Virus record (IMG/VR): IMGVR_UViG_3300009103_000012
Coordinates: 20,395 to 84,394 of that record
Reading direction: 5' to 3' (one strand)
Length of the DNA stretch: 64,000 nucleotides
DNA from: a virus
Shown here: positions 17,192 to 25,999 of the stretch, in pieces
Position numbering within the stretch: the first letter of the stretch is position 1
Layout of the letters: each line of letters opens with the position of its first letter
The notes under the pieces: model-generated
Told to the model about the DNA's origin: nothing
Databases searched by the model: none
What the model saw: only the letters and a program-made list of their open reading frames with translations
Program-made: the position numbers and the translations under genes

Positions 17192-18322
17192 TTAACCATT
17201 ATATGTCGGGGTGTTACGTTTTTCAAGCTCACGTTTAGCTTTTACAAGTGCTGAACCGATAACTTGATGCATATCGTAGTATTTATACTCCGCCAATCTC
17301 CCACCAAAAATAACTCCCGATTCTTCATGAGCCATAGCAGCATACTTCTTATACATCGATGTATTCTTCTCATTATTGATAGGGTAATAAGGCGTCTTAC
17401 CGCGCTTATACTCATCAGAATACTCACGTGTGATTATCGTATTTGGAATCTTGTTGGCTGTCTCTGGTAAAAAGTGTTTATGCTCAACAATCCGAGTATA
17501 TGGAATTTCAGGATGAGTGTAGTTTATGACCGCATTTCCCTGGAAATCTCCCTCAAGCTCCTCATGCTCAAAGCGAAGTGTCCTATATTCTAGCTCGCCA
17601 AACTGATATCCGAAATACTCATCAATCTTACCAGTGAATACAACTTTGTCAGCAAGGCTGTTCAACTCATCTTTATTCATAAAATAATCAACACCTGTCC
17701 GGACCTCAATTCCTTCCAGCATATTCGCAACCATTTGTGTGTATCCCTCCTTGGGGATCCCCTGATACTTGTCGAAGAAATAGTTTTCTTCAAAAACCAT
17801 ACGAATAGGAAGCCGTTTAATGATGGAGGCGGGTAGCTCTCTTGGGTCACGCTGCCATTGCTTCATCGTGTAACCCTTGATAAAAGTCTCATAGACCTCA
17901 CGCCCCACTTGGGAAAGAATCCAGTCTTCAAGATTATCAGGGTTCTCACATGGGATTCGAACTTCTTCTAGCTTTGCTTCTGCTTCGGCCGGAGTCATGA
18001 CTCCCCACAACTGATGGAGCGTCATCAAATTAATAGGAAACGAGAAAATACGGTCATTATAGCGGATCTTTGGCTTGTTAATATAATTGTTAAAAGTCGC
18101 AAATCGATTAACATAATCCCAAATACGATCATTGCTCGTATGAAAAATATGCGCCCCATACACGTGGACATCTACCCCATTTCGCTTTTCTGAATAAACG
18201 TTTCCAGCGATGTGGTTTCGTTTGTCTATTACAAGACATCGATATCCTGCATCTGTCATTTCTCTGGCAAATGTAGACCCAAATATTCCTGAACCGACAA
18301 TTAGATAATCGTACTTACTCAC
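17192..18322 (-). CDS. glf: UDP-galactopyranose mutase
   Basis: YDYLIVGSG, HVYGAHIFHT, YQGIP, LEYRTLRFE, FQGNAVINY, TRIVEHKHF, PYYPIN, GRLAEYKYYDMHQ. Confidence 0.95.
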   Translation of the reverse strand: MSKYDYLIVGSGIFGSTFAREMTDAGYRCLVIDKRNHIAGNVYSEKRNGVDVHVYGAHIFHTSNDRIWDYVNRFATFNNYINKPKIRYNDRIFSFPINLMTLHQLWGVMTPAEAEAKLEEVRIPCENPDNLEDWILSQVGREVYETFIKGYTMKQWQRDPRELPASIIKRLPIRMVFEENYFFDKYQGIPKEGYTQMVANMLEGIEVRTGVDYFMNKDELNSLADKVVFTGKIDEYFGYQFGELEYRTLRFEHEELEGDFQGNAVINYTHPEIPYTRIVEHKHFLPETANKIPNTIITREYSDEYKRGKTPYYPINNEKNTSMYKKYAAMAHEESGVIFGGRLAEYKYYDMHQVIGSALVKAKRELEKRNTPTYNG

Positions 18323-19350
18323 TTTGCACCCCTTGTATTAAATCGATAACCTTCAAATTTCAAATTTTCCAACATTTTTCTTGCTTCACTTCTTGTCGAG
18401 ATTTTTCTTATTCTATCAGCAGCTAACACTACCGCAAAATCATGCCAGGTCAATGCGTCATTAGTGGGATATGCAAACACACGACGAAACGCTTGGTGGA
18501 TAGCTTCTACCGAAGTGGCGATAGAGATGTCTTTTTCGACCTCCATCATCTTTTCTATCCAATAAGAAAGTTCATCACTTGAAGCACATCCTAACGGTGG
18601 CATCTGTCCATACCTTTTCCATAGCTCAAACTGTGATCTATTAACATTTGATGTCTGTAGAATTCTCTCTGCCATCTCAAAGTGGCGCTCATATATGTGT
18701 AATGAATTGCTGGTATGAGTGTAGGTTCCCAACCCAACGCCAAGTTCATTAGCAAGTAATTCTTGAAATAGCGTAAATGCTGGAATATCATATGCAATAC
18801 CGAATATCACATCTGAACTTCTCATATTCACAACCTGATGAAGTTTGCCGTCTCTAATAAAAAATTGAAGTGCCAATGTACAAGGAACGTCTAGCTTTGC
18901 GTCAATACTATCATCAGGCACCCTAAGATGCATTACCGCTCGACGGGAATCTGGGTCTCTAGTAAGCTCATCAATAATATACTCCCATTGATTGAACCTC
19001 CCCTGAGCAATCTTGGGGTGTCGTTGAAATAGTCTTGCGCCATAAGCAGAGTTTGCTGTTACTCCATCATCTGAAATATTTCTCCAAAAGTTTGAATATT
19101 TCGATATCCACGCTGTCTCATTATTTCCAGAAAGATACCACACAAGCTCAGCAACCATATAAGAAATACTAAACTTTCGTCCTGCAACGTATGGAATTCT
19201 GTCTCTGGGATTTAAGATCGTAAATGAAGCGCCAAGTATTTCCTTGACTCTTTGCCCACGAGGGGCTGCTTCAAATGTTGGACTTTCGTAAACATTTCGA
19301 ACTAGCGAAATGTAGCAGTGCGTAAATGATTGATAGGTTCCAATATGCAT
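18319..19350 (-). CDS. Thymidylate synthase-family dCMP-modifying enzyme (dCMP hydroxymethylase-like)
   Basis: ELVWYLSG, NSAYG, DSRRA, DVPCT (Cys157), MRSSDVIFGIAYD (Asp188 where dUMP-specific TS has Asn), SLHIYERH. Confidence 0.8.
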   Translation of the reverse strand: MHIGTYQSFTHCYISLVRNVYESPTFEAAPRGQRVKEILGASFTILNPRDRIPYVAGRKFSISYMVAELVWYLSGNNETAWISKYSNFWRNISDDGVTANSAYGARLFQRHPKIAQGRFNQWEYIIDELTRDPDSRRAVMHLRVPDDSIDAKLDVPCTLALQFFIRDGKLHQVVNMRSSDVIFGIAYDIPAFTLFQELLANELGVGLGTYTHTSNSLHIYERHFEMAERILQTSNVNRSQFELWKRYGQMPPLGCASSDELSYWIEKMMEVEKDISIATSVEAIHQAFRRVFAYPTNDALTWHDFAVVLAADRIRKISTRSEARKMLENLKFEGYRFNTRGAK

Positions 19351-19403
19351 GTTACAAATTTACTCCAATTAGGTTTAGATGTAGACTTTTTGTACCAAGC
19401 TAA

Positions 19404-22400
19404 TCATATACGAAGAAGCTTGACTTTACTCATAGAAGTTTGGTATCCGAAGTCATTTTTCTTCACTTCTGCGCAACACAAACTGTAAAGTGGGAGATCT
19501 GTCTCGCCATCCCAACCCCAACAAAACATTCGAAAGTTTTTACCCTCCAGCCCAGTCGCGGTGACCAAAAGATATGGACGCTTGTTTTTTGTGAGCTTAG
19601 GCTTAATGTCAGACACGAGGAACCAATACACATCATGACCCCTGGTATCGATTTCATCAATACACGCGATGTCTTTCTTTGCCAAGCGCTCCTGAACTTC
19701 TTCGCTAATAAGAGTTGATGCGTTAAAAGACCCAAAATGCTTTACACTATTTTCTACCATCTCCCTGCGAGACCAATGGCCCGATCCTTGCGTCTCAAGT
19801 AGGGCCTCCTTGAAGTTATTTCTGCCACGTTCTGGATCACGCTTTGTCCACTTCTTGATGTCGTTCTGTCGTCCGATAACGACTTCATGCATGTGCTTAT
19901 AGCTCTCGAACGTCTTACCGGGGCCGACTAGATCCATAGATTCGAAGCCGCGGATTTTGATCAAAGCCTCAAGAGCGCGCTTGTTGAACTTAGAATGTTT
20001 CCACTTTCCATCATCGGTCCATAGAAGATCATCGATGCCTTGATATGGTCGATTTGCAACTAGCTCATCGATTGCAGACTCGCCAATACCCTTACAAGAT
20101 AAGAGCGAAGGCATGAACTTTTTACCCTCAAGGATTGTCCACTTCTTTGTGGCATAATTGATATCTAGAGGCGCAACGCGATATCCTAAAGCCTTAACCT
20201 CAGCAAAAGCCTTTGCTCGCTTCTTGTCGTTACCTGACATCGCCTCAAGATAAGCACACAGCCATTCTTCTTCAAAATATGTCAAGAGCCAAGCGCAGTA
20301 ATACGAGTCAATCGCGTAACATACTGCGTGAGACTTATTGAAGCCATAACCTGCAAAGAACAAAATCTTTTCGTATAAGTCATCAGCCAATTGTCGATCT
20401 ACTCCATTCTTCACAGAGCCTGCAACAAACTGCTCCTTGATCGATCTAGCTTTGGCAAGACTCTCTGCTGCTTCTGACGCTTTCCGCTTCATAATACTCC
20501 GACGTACGGTGTCTGTTTCTTCTTCGGGGAAACCCGCCACCACAGAGCAAAGCTTCATGATTTGCTCCTGAAAGACAATTAGACCGTAGGTTTCTTCAAG
20601 AACTTCCTTGATTAACGGATGGCCATAATCGATCTTCTCAGGGTTGTTCTTGGCCTTGATATACAATCTATCGACCTTCGCCGTGAGTGGGCCTGGACGA
20701 TAGATGGAAGTCAGCGTAGCAATATCAACGATGCTCTTAGGCTTCGCCTTTTTGAACAAGTTCTGAGCACCACGGCCGGCCAGCTGAAAGATGCCAGCCC
20801 AGCGGCCTTTTCCGTAAACGTGATCGTATACGTGCTGATCGTCCATGTCAAGTACTTTCGGGTCCATATTGGCGTTAAACCATTCATACACCTGAGCGAA
20901 TGTTGGGTCTTCGATACCCTCCTTTCGCTGTAGGATGAGCTCGATGGTACGCTGGATAATTCGAAGCGTTTCAAGACCAAGTAGATCAAACTTAATCCAG
21001 CCGAAAGTCTCAAGATGCTTATAGTTCATGCCCTCAGCCCACGGGGTCTGTAGCTCACCACGTGCCTTGATAAGCGGCATCCTTTCCGCAATATCCTCTG
21101 CAACGATACAACCACCAGCATGGCGACCTAAGGCCTTGTTCTGCTTGAACAGAACCTGGATTGGAGCAGCAACTTCTGGATGAGCCTCGATGAATGCTCT
21201 GAACGTCTTCGAGTGAGCTAGCGCATCTTCGTAAAGCAGCACAAATAGATTCTTATCAGTACCCTGCTTGAATACTGCGCGCTTTACATCTTCTTCGACC
21301 GGCGCTAGCGCCTTATTCACTTCGTTAAATGGAATACCATAAAATCGTGAAATATCTTTGACAAGAGACTTAAGCTTGAATGTATTGTAATTAGAGATCG
21401 GGACAATATTCTCATCGCCCCACTTGTCTTTCATCATATTGATGAGTAGGTCTCGGTCGCCAACATCAGTATCGATGTCTGGTGCACCTTCACGAGAAGG
21501 ATTCAAGAAGCGACCGAACATAAGATCATATTCAAATGGGTCAACGTCTGTTAGCTTAAGAACATAAGCAACAAGACTACCAGCAGCTGAGCCGCGACCG
21601 GGACCAACAAGCATGGCTTGTTTGGCAATCTTAATAATCGCTTCCATTGTCAAAAAGTATCGAGAGAAATTCTTGTCTTTAATAATCTTCAACTCATGCT
21701 TTATTCGCTCGATATATTTTGGGTCACCCGCCAATCCTCGCTCAACAAGACCCTTTTTACATGCCTCAAGCAGAGCCTTATCGTCTGTCATACCCTCAGG
21801 TACAACATAAGAAGGAAGTTTCATCGTCCTATCAGGTGCAATTGTGCTGATCTCTTCATGGACAATCTGATGAGGTCGCTCAATAGCATTCTTCACAATC
21901 TGGTCATCATAAAATGACATACCATCTGCACTTTCTAGATATGTATCCCACAATTGCTGAGCATTCTTAGGGTATAACTCACACTTCAAGTCCTCTTTAG
22001 TTTGGGGTAGTTTTGACGGATCAAACTCACGATAATTTAGCCAGCCAAGCTTCTTGTAAAGTTCACGCTCACGCCAATGCTCTGGTCGAGCGTAATGAGA
22101 GTCAGTCGTTACAACTAATTTATCTTGTAAGCTATTTTTATTCGCGAACTCGATGATTGCTCGATTAACAAGGTGCTGGGCAGGGAGCTTATTGAATTGA
22201 AGCTCTAGATGAACATCATTAATTCCAACGGCGTCTACCAAACCTTGGTAAGCGTTACCCACGCCAGTCATTACACTACGGTGAAAAGACGGATCATCCA
22301 TCAGTTTATAGCTAAGATCATCAAACTCAACGTTCTGAGCATGCCGAAAGACCTCATAAGCAATTGGTCCGCCAATACAAGCGGTAGAAACCATCAGGTG

Positions 22401-23024
22401 GCCACCCTCGGCGGCCTCCCTTAACATCTTATAGTCGATTCGTGGAAACCTATAGAAACCCTCTCTATACCCCCTACTCACAAGATGGAACAAGCGCTGG
22501 AGACCTACGCTTGTCTTAGGAAGAACGACCAAGTGATGGCGTCTCTTAATCGGATCATAGAATTTTGAAGACTTTGTTTCTTCTTCATTTTCAATAGTGA
22601 GGCCGGCATCTTCTTTGCCGATATCTACAATCTCATCATCCCCATCCACTATTGCAGTTAGAGGTGTAGCGATTGCTTCTCTCTGCTCACGAAGTCGAAG
22701 CAAAGCCTCTTTATCACCCTTCTTCGCAGCTTGCCGAATCTCCATATCAAGCTTCCATGCTTCAAGGTCAGGATGTACATACATCTCACAGCCTGGAACG
22801 AACTTAAATTTACCGCCGCGCTTTTGTACTTTTTCAGCATGAAGGAATGCATGGCCAAAAGAATTCATGTGACCATGATTGGTGAGACACCAACCATCCA
22901 TGCCGTTTTCGATTATAAAATCAATATGTTCTTGAGGATACCCAAGGCCATCGAATGTACTAAACCCATCATGTGAATGAAGGGAAATAAACTTACTAGG
23001 GGGAGTAAGCAAAGTCTTTCTCAT
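19404..23024 (-). CDS. dnaE: DNA polymerase III alpha subunit (family C)
   Basis: PHP domain (LHSH, GCEMY, TTDSHY), GPGRGSAAGSLVAY, PDIDTD, GRHAGG, KFDLLGL, YGFNKSHA, C-terminal OB fold. Confidence 0.96.
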   Translation of the reverse strand: MRKTLLTPPSKFISLHSHDGFSTFDGLGYPQEHIDFIIENGMDGWCLTNHGHMNSFGHAFLHAEKVQKRGGKFKFVPGCEMYVHPDLEAWKLDMEIRQAAKKGDKEALLRLREQREAIATPLTAIVDGDDEIVDIGKEDAGLTIENEEETKSSKFYDPIKRRHHLVVLPKTSVGLQRLFHLVSRGYREGFYRFPRIDYKMLREAAEGGHLMVSTACIGGPIAYEVFRHAQNVEFDDLSYKLMDDPSFHRSVMTGVGNAYQGLVDAVGINDVHLELQFNKLPAQHLVNRAIIEFANKNSLQDKLVVTTDSHYARPEHWRERELYKKLGWLNYREFDPSKLPQTKEDLKCELYPKNAQQLWDTYLESADGMSFYDDQIVKNAIERPHQIVHEEISTIAPDRTMKLPSYVVPEGMTDDKALLEACKKGLVERGLAGDPKYIERIKHELKIIKDKNFSRYFLTMEAIIKIAKQAMLVGPGRGSAAGSLVAYVLKLTDVDPFEYDLMFGRFLNPSREGAPDIDTDVGDRDLLINMMKDKWGDENIVPISNYNTFKLKSLVKDISRFYGIPFNEVNKALAPVEEDVKRAVFKQGTDKNLFVLLYEDALAHSKTFRAFIEAHPEVAAPIQVLFKQNKALGRHAGGCIVAEDIAERMPLIKARGELQTPWAEGMNYKHLETFGWIKFDLLGLETLRIIQRTIELILQRKEGIEDPTFAQVYEWFNANMDPKVLDMDDQHVYDHVYGKGRWAGIFQLAGRGAQNLFKKAKPKSIVDIATLTSIYRPGPLTAKVDRLYIKAKNNPEKIDYGHPLIKEVLEETYGLIVFQEQIMKLCSVVAGFPEEETDTVRRSIMKRKASEAAESLAKARSIKEQFVAGSVKNGVDRQLADDLYEKILFFAGYGFNKSHAVCYAIDSYYCAWLLTYFEEEWLCAYLEAMSGNDKKRAKAFAEVKALGYRVAPLDINYATKKWTILEGKKFMPSLLSCKGIGESAIDELVANRPYQGIDDLLWTDDGKWKHSKFNKRALEALIKIRGFESMDLVGPGKTFESYKHMHEVVIGRQNDIKKWTKRDPERGRNNFKEALLETQGSGHWSRREMVENSVKHFGSFNASTLISEEVQERLAKKDIACIDEIDTRGHDVYWFLVSDIKPKLTKNKRPYLLVTATGLEGKNFRMFCWGWDGETDLPLYSLCCAEVKKNDFGYQTSMSKVKLLRI

Positions 23025-23043
23025 ATTATCTCCAGATTAGATT

Positions 23044-23072
23044 ATTCTAAAAGAGATGCTAGCGGTTTTCAA
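23044..23072 (-). promoter_or_regulatory. Sigma70-like promoter TTGAAA-N17-TAGAAT upstream of dnaE
   Basis: Near-consensus boxes with 17-nt spacer; GGAG RBS follows. Confidence 0.65.
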
Positions 23073-23265
23073 CACTTGGATGACTTAATTTCTCTAAAGA
23101 TCGAGTCTCAACGTATACCAAGTGATTTGAAATTAAAAGGCTGGTTGTTTCGTCTGTTATCTCCACAACTAAACCAGAGTCTCCCGGGTGGAGGACGTAG
23201 CTATAAAACTCATCATCAACTCCCACATGTTCGTCCATCAAGACAGCGATATCACCAACTTTCAC
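23059..23265 (-). CDS. Small SH3/KOW-like hypothetical protein
   Basis: MKVGDIA...GDSGLVVEI pattern; 68 aa. Confidence 0.55.
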   Translation of the reverse strand: MKVGDIAVLMDEHVGVDDEFYSYVLHPGDSGLVVEITDETTSLLISNHLVYVETRSLEKLSHPSVENR

Positions 23266-23963
23266 TATTGCCTTCCGTAATCCGAAAGTAATTGCGATAT
23301 CTGCTTCTGCGTCAAAGAAAATCCTCTAGATGATAAAATCGCCTCTAACAACTGACACCTTAGTGGCGGGGAATCTAATGACTCGCCCCACTGCCACTCG
23401 TCAGTACATTCTATCTTATGAATATCTTGCCGGCAGGAATGAATCTTTGCCTTTAGAAGTGGTATTAAAGCCTCGTCCTCTAATCCGGCATCAATGCTCA
23501 ACTCAACTGCGACACCGACGAGGTCATCAAATTTACCTTCTTCCAAGGCTCTACTAGCACGTAAGAAACTCTTCTGAAGATTTTCTCTTAAATCATCATC
23601 ACTAATTCTGTCGGGATGGGTCATAAGTGCAATCTTTTTGAATAATTTTCGAGCCCACTCAGGTGCTTCTGATTTTTTACTAGATTCAGGATCATCTTCG
23701 CTAAACCATTTTTCGCTTTGTTCTCTAAATTCTTGGTCTTCTTTTGCTACTTCAAAGACAGCATCTTTTTGTTCATCCTCCTGTTCATCTTTTTTACCTG
23801 TAACTTCTCTAGCTCTGTGAGTAAAAAATTCTAAATCACGAGAATATTCCGCTTTGTAATCATCGAATAGTTCTGATATCTGAGAATAATAATGCTGGAG
23901 CATTTGTAACTCTGATTGGAGAATTCGAATCTTTCTACGAGTTATTCTGGAGGGAATTTGCAT
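23265..23963 (-). CDS. J-domain-containing protein (DnaJ-like co-chaperone)
   Basis: RKLFKKIALMTHPDR (HPD motif) followed by a helix. Confidence 0.7.
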   Translation of the reverse strand: MQIPSRITRRKIRILQSELQMLQHYYSQISELFDDYKAEYSRDLEFFTHRAREVTGKKDEQEDEQKDAVFEVAKEDQEFREQSEKWFSEDDPESSKKSEAPEWARKLFKKIALMTHPDRISDDDLRENLQKSFLRASRALEEGKFDDLVGVAVELSIDAGLEDEALIPLLKAKIHSCRQDIHKIECTDEWQWGESLDSPPLRCQLLEAILSSRGFSLTQKQISQLLSDYGRQ

Positions 23964-23974
23964 AGTAAGTCTAA

Positions 23975-24349
23975 CTATGCATTAAGACGCTCCGTTATAA
24001 TGTTGTGTTTCCTTACATAAGCACTAAAAAATTCATCGCAATCAACCCCAGAAAGTACAATTATCGCAAGAAAATAATTGAATGCATCAATCATTTCTTC
24101 TAGAAATTCTTCCCTATCAAACTCAGGAACGCCATAAGTCTCTTCACGATGGTCTTTCCAATTCTTTAAATGAAGCAAAGCTTCAAAAAGCTCTTCCATA
24201 CCTCGAAAAGCAAATTCACGAATTGCTTGTTGGTTTTTTTTCTTGCTTAAATCAACCGGCCAATCAGGATATGCACCTTCAATCTTTTCGTTAATACGAT
24301 ACATAAACTCTTCACGGAGGCCAAATATCTTTGCTAAACGATCAGACAA
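23975..24349 (-). CDS. All-alpha NTP pyrophosphatase (dimeric dUTPase / T4 gp56-like dCTPase)
   Basis: EELFEA..LKNWKDH and EEFLEEMIDAFNYF acidic motifs; TTG start at 24349 with GGAGG upstream (ORF track start 24388). Confidence 0.75.
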   Translation of the reverse strand: MSDRLAKIFGLREEFMYRINEKIEGAYPDWPVDLSKKKNQQAIREFAFRGMEELFEALLHLKNWKDHREETYGVPEFDREEFLEEMIDAFNYFLAIIVLSGVDCDEFFSAYVRKHNIITERLNA

Positions 24350-24350
24350 T

Positions 24351-24581
24351 TTACTCTTCCTCCGCTGCCTCTTCATTTTGAGTAGCAATTTCAGTAATCA
24401 TGGCTTGAATGTTTGCATTAAAAGCTTCATGATAATCAGGTGAAAGATCAAGTTGCCCATTGGTAGTAACAAACTCTGCCATTCGAAGATTATCAACAAT
24501 ATCTGTCCCGGTTAGAATTGCAACCTGAACGATTTGCGCAATATGAGCGATTGCATTATCACTTAATTTTGACGTTTCCAT
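24351..24581 (-). CDS. Hypothetical protein
   Basis: 76 aa with GGAG RBS; TATAAT at 24620-24625 upstream. Confidence 0.7.
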   Translation of the reverse strand: METSKLSDNAIAHIAQIVQVAILTGTDIVDNLRMAEFVTTNGQLDLSPDYHEAFNANIQAMITEIATQNEEAAEEE

Positions 24582-24661
24582 TTTTTCTCCCTTAGTTTGA
24601 AAGCTGGATCAACATAATGATTATAGTCATTTCAACAAAGGGTGTACACGCTAATTGTGTG

Positions 24662-24982
24662 CTACATAAATTTCATTGCCCAAGCAAAGAATGCCATGCC
24701 AAACTGAACAACAGCAAATATCGTGATTGCTTTTGTCTTGAACATCTTGAGGTCTTCAACATCTTTCACCATCGTCTGCATCTGAGATGGTGATGCGACC
24801 TCATCAACTTTTTCTTTCCACGATCGGAGCTCGTCAACACGATCTTCGCGCTCTCTCATTCTAGCAATTTCTTGCTTAAGCTCTTGAATCTCTGTATTTA
24901 GAGCTGTAATGCTTGTCGCAAGTGTTTCTAGCTCTTTCAGGACCAATCGTGAGTATTCGCTCCATCCGTTTTCTTCAGCCAT
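24662..24982 (-). CDS. Coiled-coil protein with C-terminal TM (possibly holin-like)
   Basis: Start ATG 24982 (MAEENGW) with GGAG RBS; long coiled coil then AITIFAVVQFGMAFFAWAM. Confidence 0.55.
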   Translation of the reverse strand: MAEENGWSEYSRLVLKELETLATSITALNTEIQELKQEIARMREREDRVDELRSWKEKVDEVASPSQMQTMVKDVEDLKMFKTKAITIFAVVQFGMAFFAWAMKFM

Positions 24983-25241
24983 CGTTATCTCCAGTTGTGG
25001 TGTCTGGTAAAGCACAAACGCGATCTAGAATGTGCTCTACTTTTTCTTTGCACCACTCTGGTGTAACACTAGAATCACTTTCGCTCAACTTGAGGTGCAT
25101 ATCTTGCAATTCATTAATTACAAAATCTCTTACTTCAAAAGCAGAAGACCACTCTGAAGTTTGGTTGCAAAGCTGATCTCTTAAAGAGCGTAACTTCTTC
25201 ACACGAGACTGAAATGTTTCACACTTTGAGTCATCACTCAT
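24975..25241 (-). CDS. Hypothetical protein
   Basis: 88 aa with GGAG RBS. Confidence 0.65.
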   Translation of the reverse strand: MSDDSKCETFQSRVKKLRSLRDQLCNQTSEWSSAFEVRDFVINELQDMHLKLSESDSSVTPEWCKEKVEHILDRVCALPDTTTGDNDG

Positions 25242-25291
25242 ACAAACTCCAAAAACGTAGCTAAAACAACGAACCGCTTTCTTAAGTATGC

Positions 25292-25999
25292 TTAAAGCTG
25301 ACGATATTCTCGATATGAAGCCAAAGTTTCAGGCCAAATTTCTTCAGCTATATGAAGACATGCTTTTGCAACTTGCTGAATTTCCCACTGCGCTCCCTCA
25401 TGTACACGTAGCTCTATAAACTTAAATAAATTGTTTAAATTTACTGTGCCATAATATTCTGAATAAAGATTTTGGGGAAGCACTCCGCGGGCTTGCTCTC
25501 TACAAATACCGTTCTTCATAAGGTCATTATAGAGGCGCAAAGATAACTTGTGATGTTGCTCTATACAATGAGCTGCTGTCAATCCCATTTCAGGATCTGA
25601 AAGATCTGGAATTAATACCGGATCGATCTGCCCGCAAATATTTGAGGCTTGACGATTTGACTTGTGTTGGGTCCTAAAGCTCTTTGGCTCATAAAATCTG
25701 ATATCTACATCCGTATACCTTCTAGATATCTCGTTATAAGACCAAGTCCTGTGGCGATGATGCTGGCTACGTACAAAAAGAGGCACAATAAAACGGAAAG
25801 TAATAACGTTATGCTCAAGAGTTGATGTATGCTTATGCCTGATTAGATAGCGAATGAGCTTTTTATCTTTCCCATCGAGCTCTTCCTTCACTTTTCCGAA
25901 TGAAACCCTTGCACTGTTCACCACTGTTAAGTCTGATCCCATATGTTCAATATATTCCACTGCACCAATGGCATCGTCATAAAGCTCAATTCTTTTCAC
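25292..25999 (-). CDS. thyX: Flavin-dependent thymidylate synthase
   Basis: VVNSARVSF, HTSTLEH, RHRTWSYNEISRRY, EQARGVLP, AQWEIQ. Confidence 0.95.
   Translation of the reverse strand: MKRIELYDDAIGAVEYIEHMGSDLTVVNSARVSFGKVKEELDGKDKKLIRYLIRHKHTSTLEHNVITFRFIVPLFVRSQHHRHRTWSYNEISRRYTDVDIRFYEPKSFRTQHKSNRQASNICGQIDPVLIPDLSDPEMGLTAAHCIEQHHKLSLRLYNDLMKNGICREQARGVLPQNLYSEYYGTVNLNNLFKFIELRVHEGAQWEIQQVAKACLHIAEEIWPETLASYREYRQL

Noticed and set aside
14139-18322. glf, epimerase and GT as a captured host LPS/capsule island
   Set aside because: No flippase, polymerase or membrane GT is present, and the genes are interleaved and overlap with a dCMP-type TS and a dNMP kinase. Virion or host-surface glycosylation is not fully excluded.
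18319-19350. Annotation as ordinary thymidylate synthase ThyA
   Set aside because: Asp rather than Asn at the specificity position, PCT rather than PCH, and a separate thyX is present.
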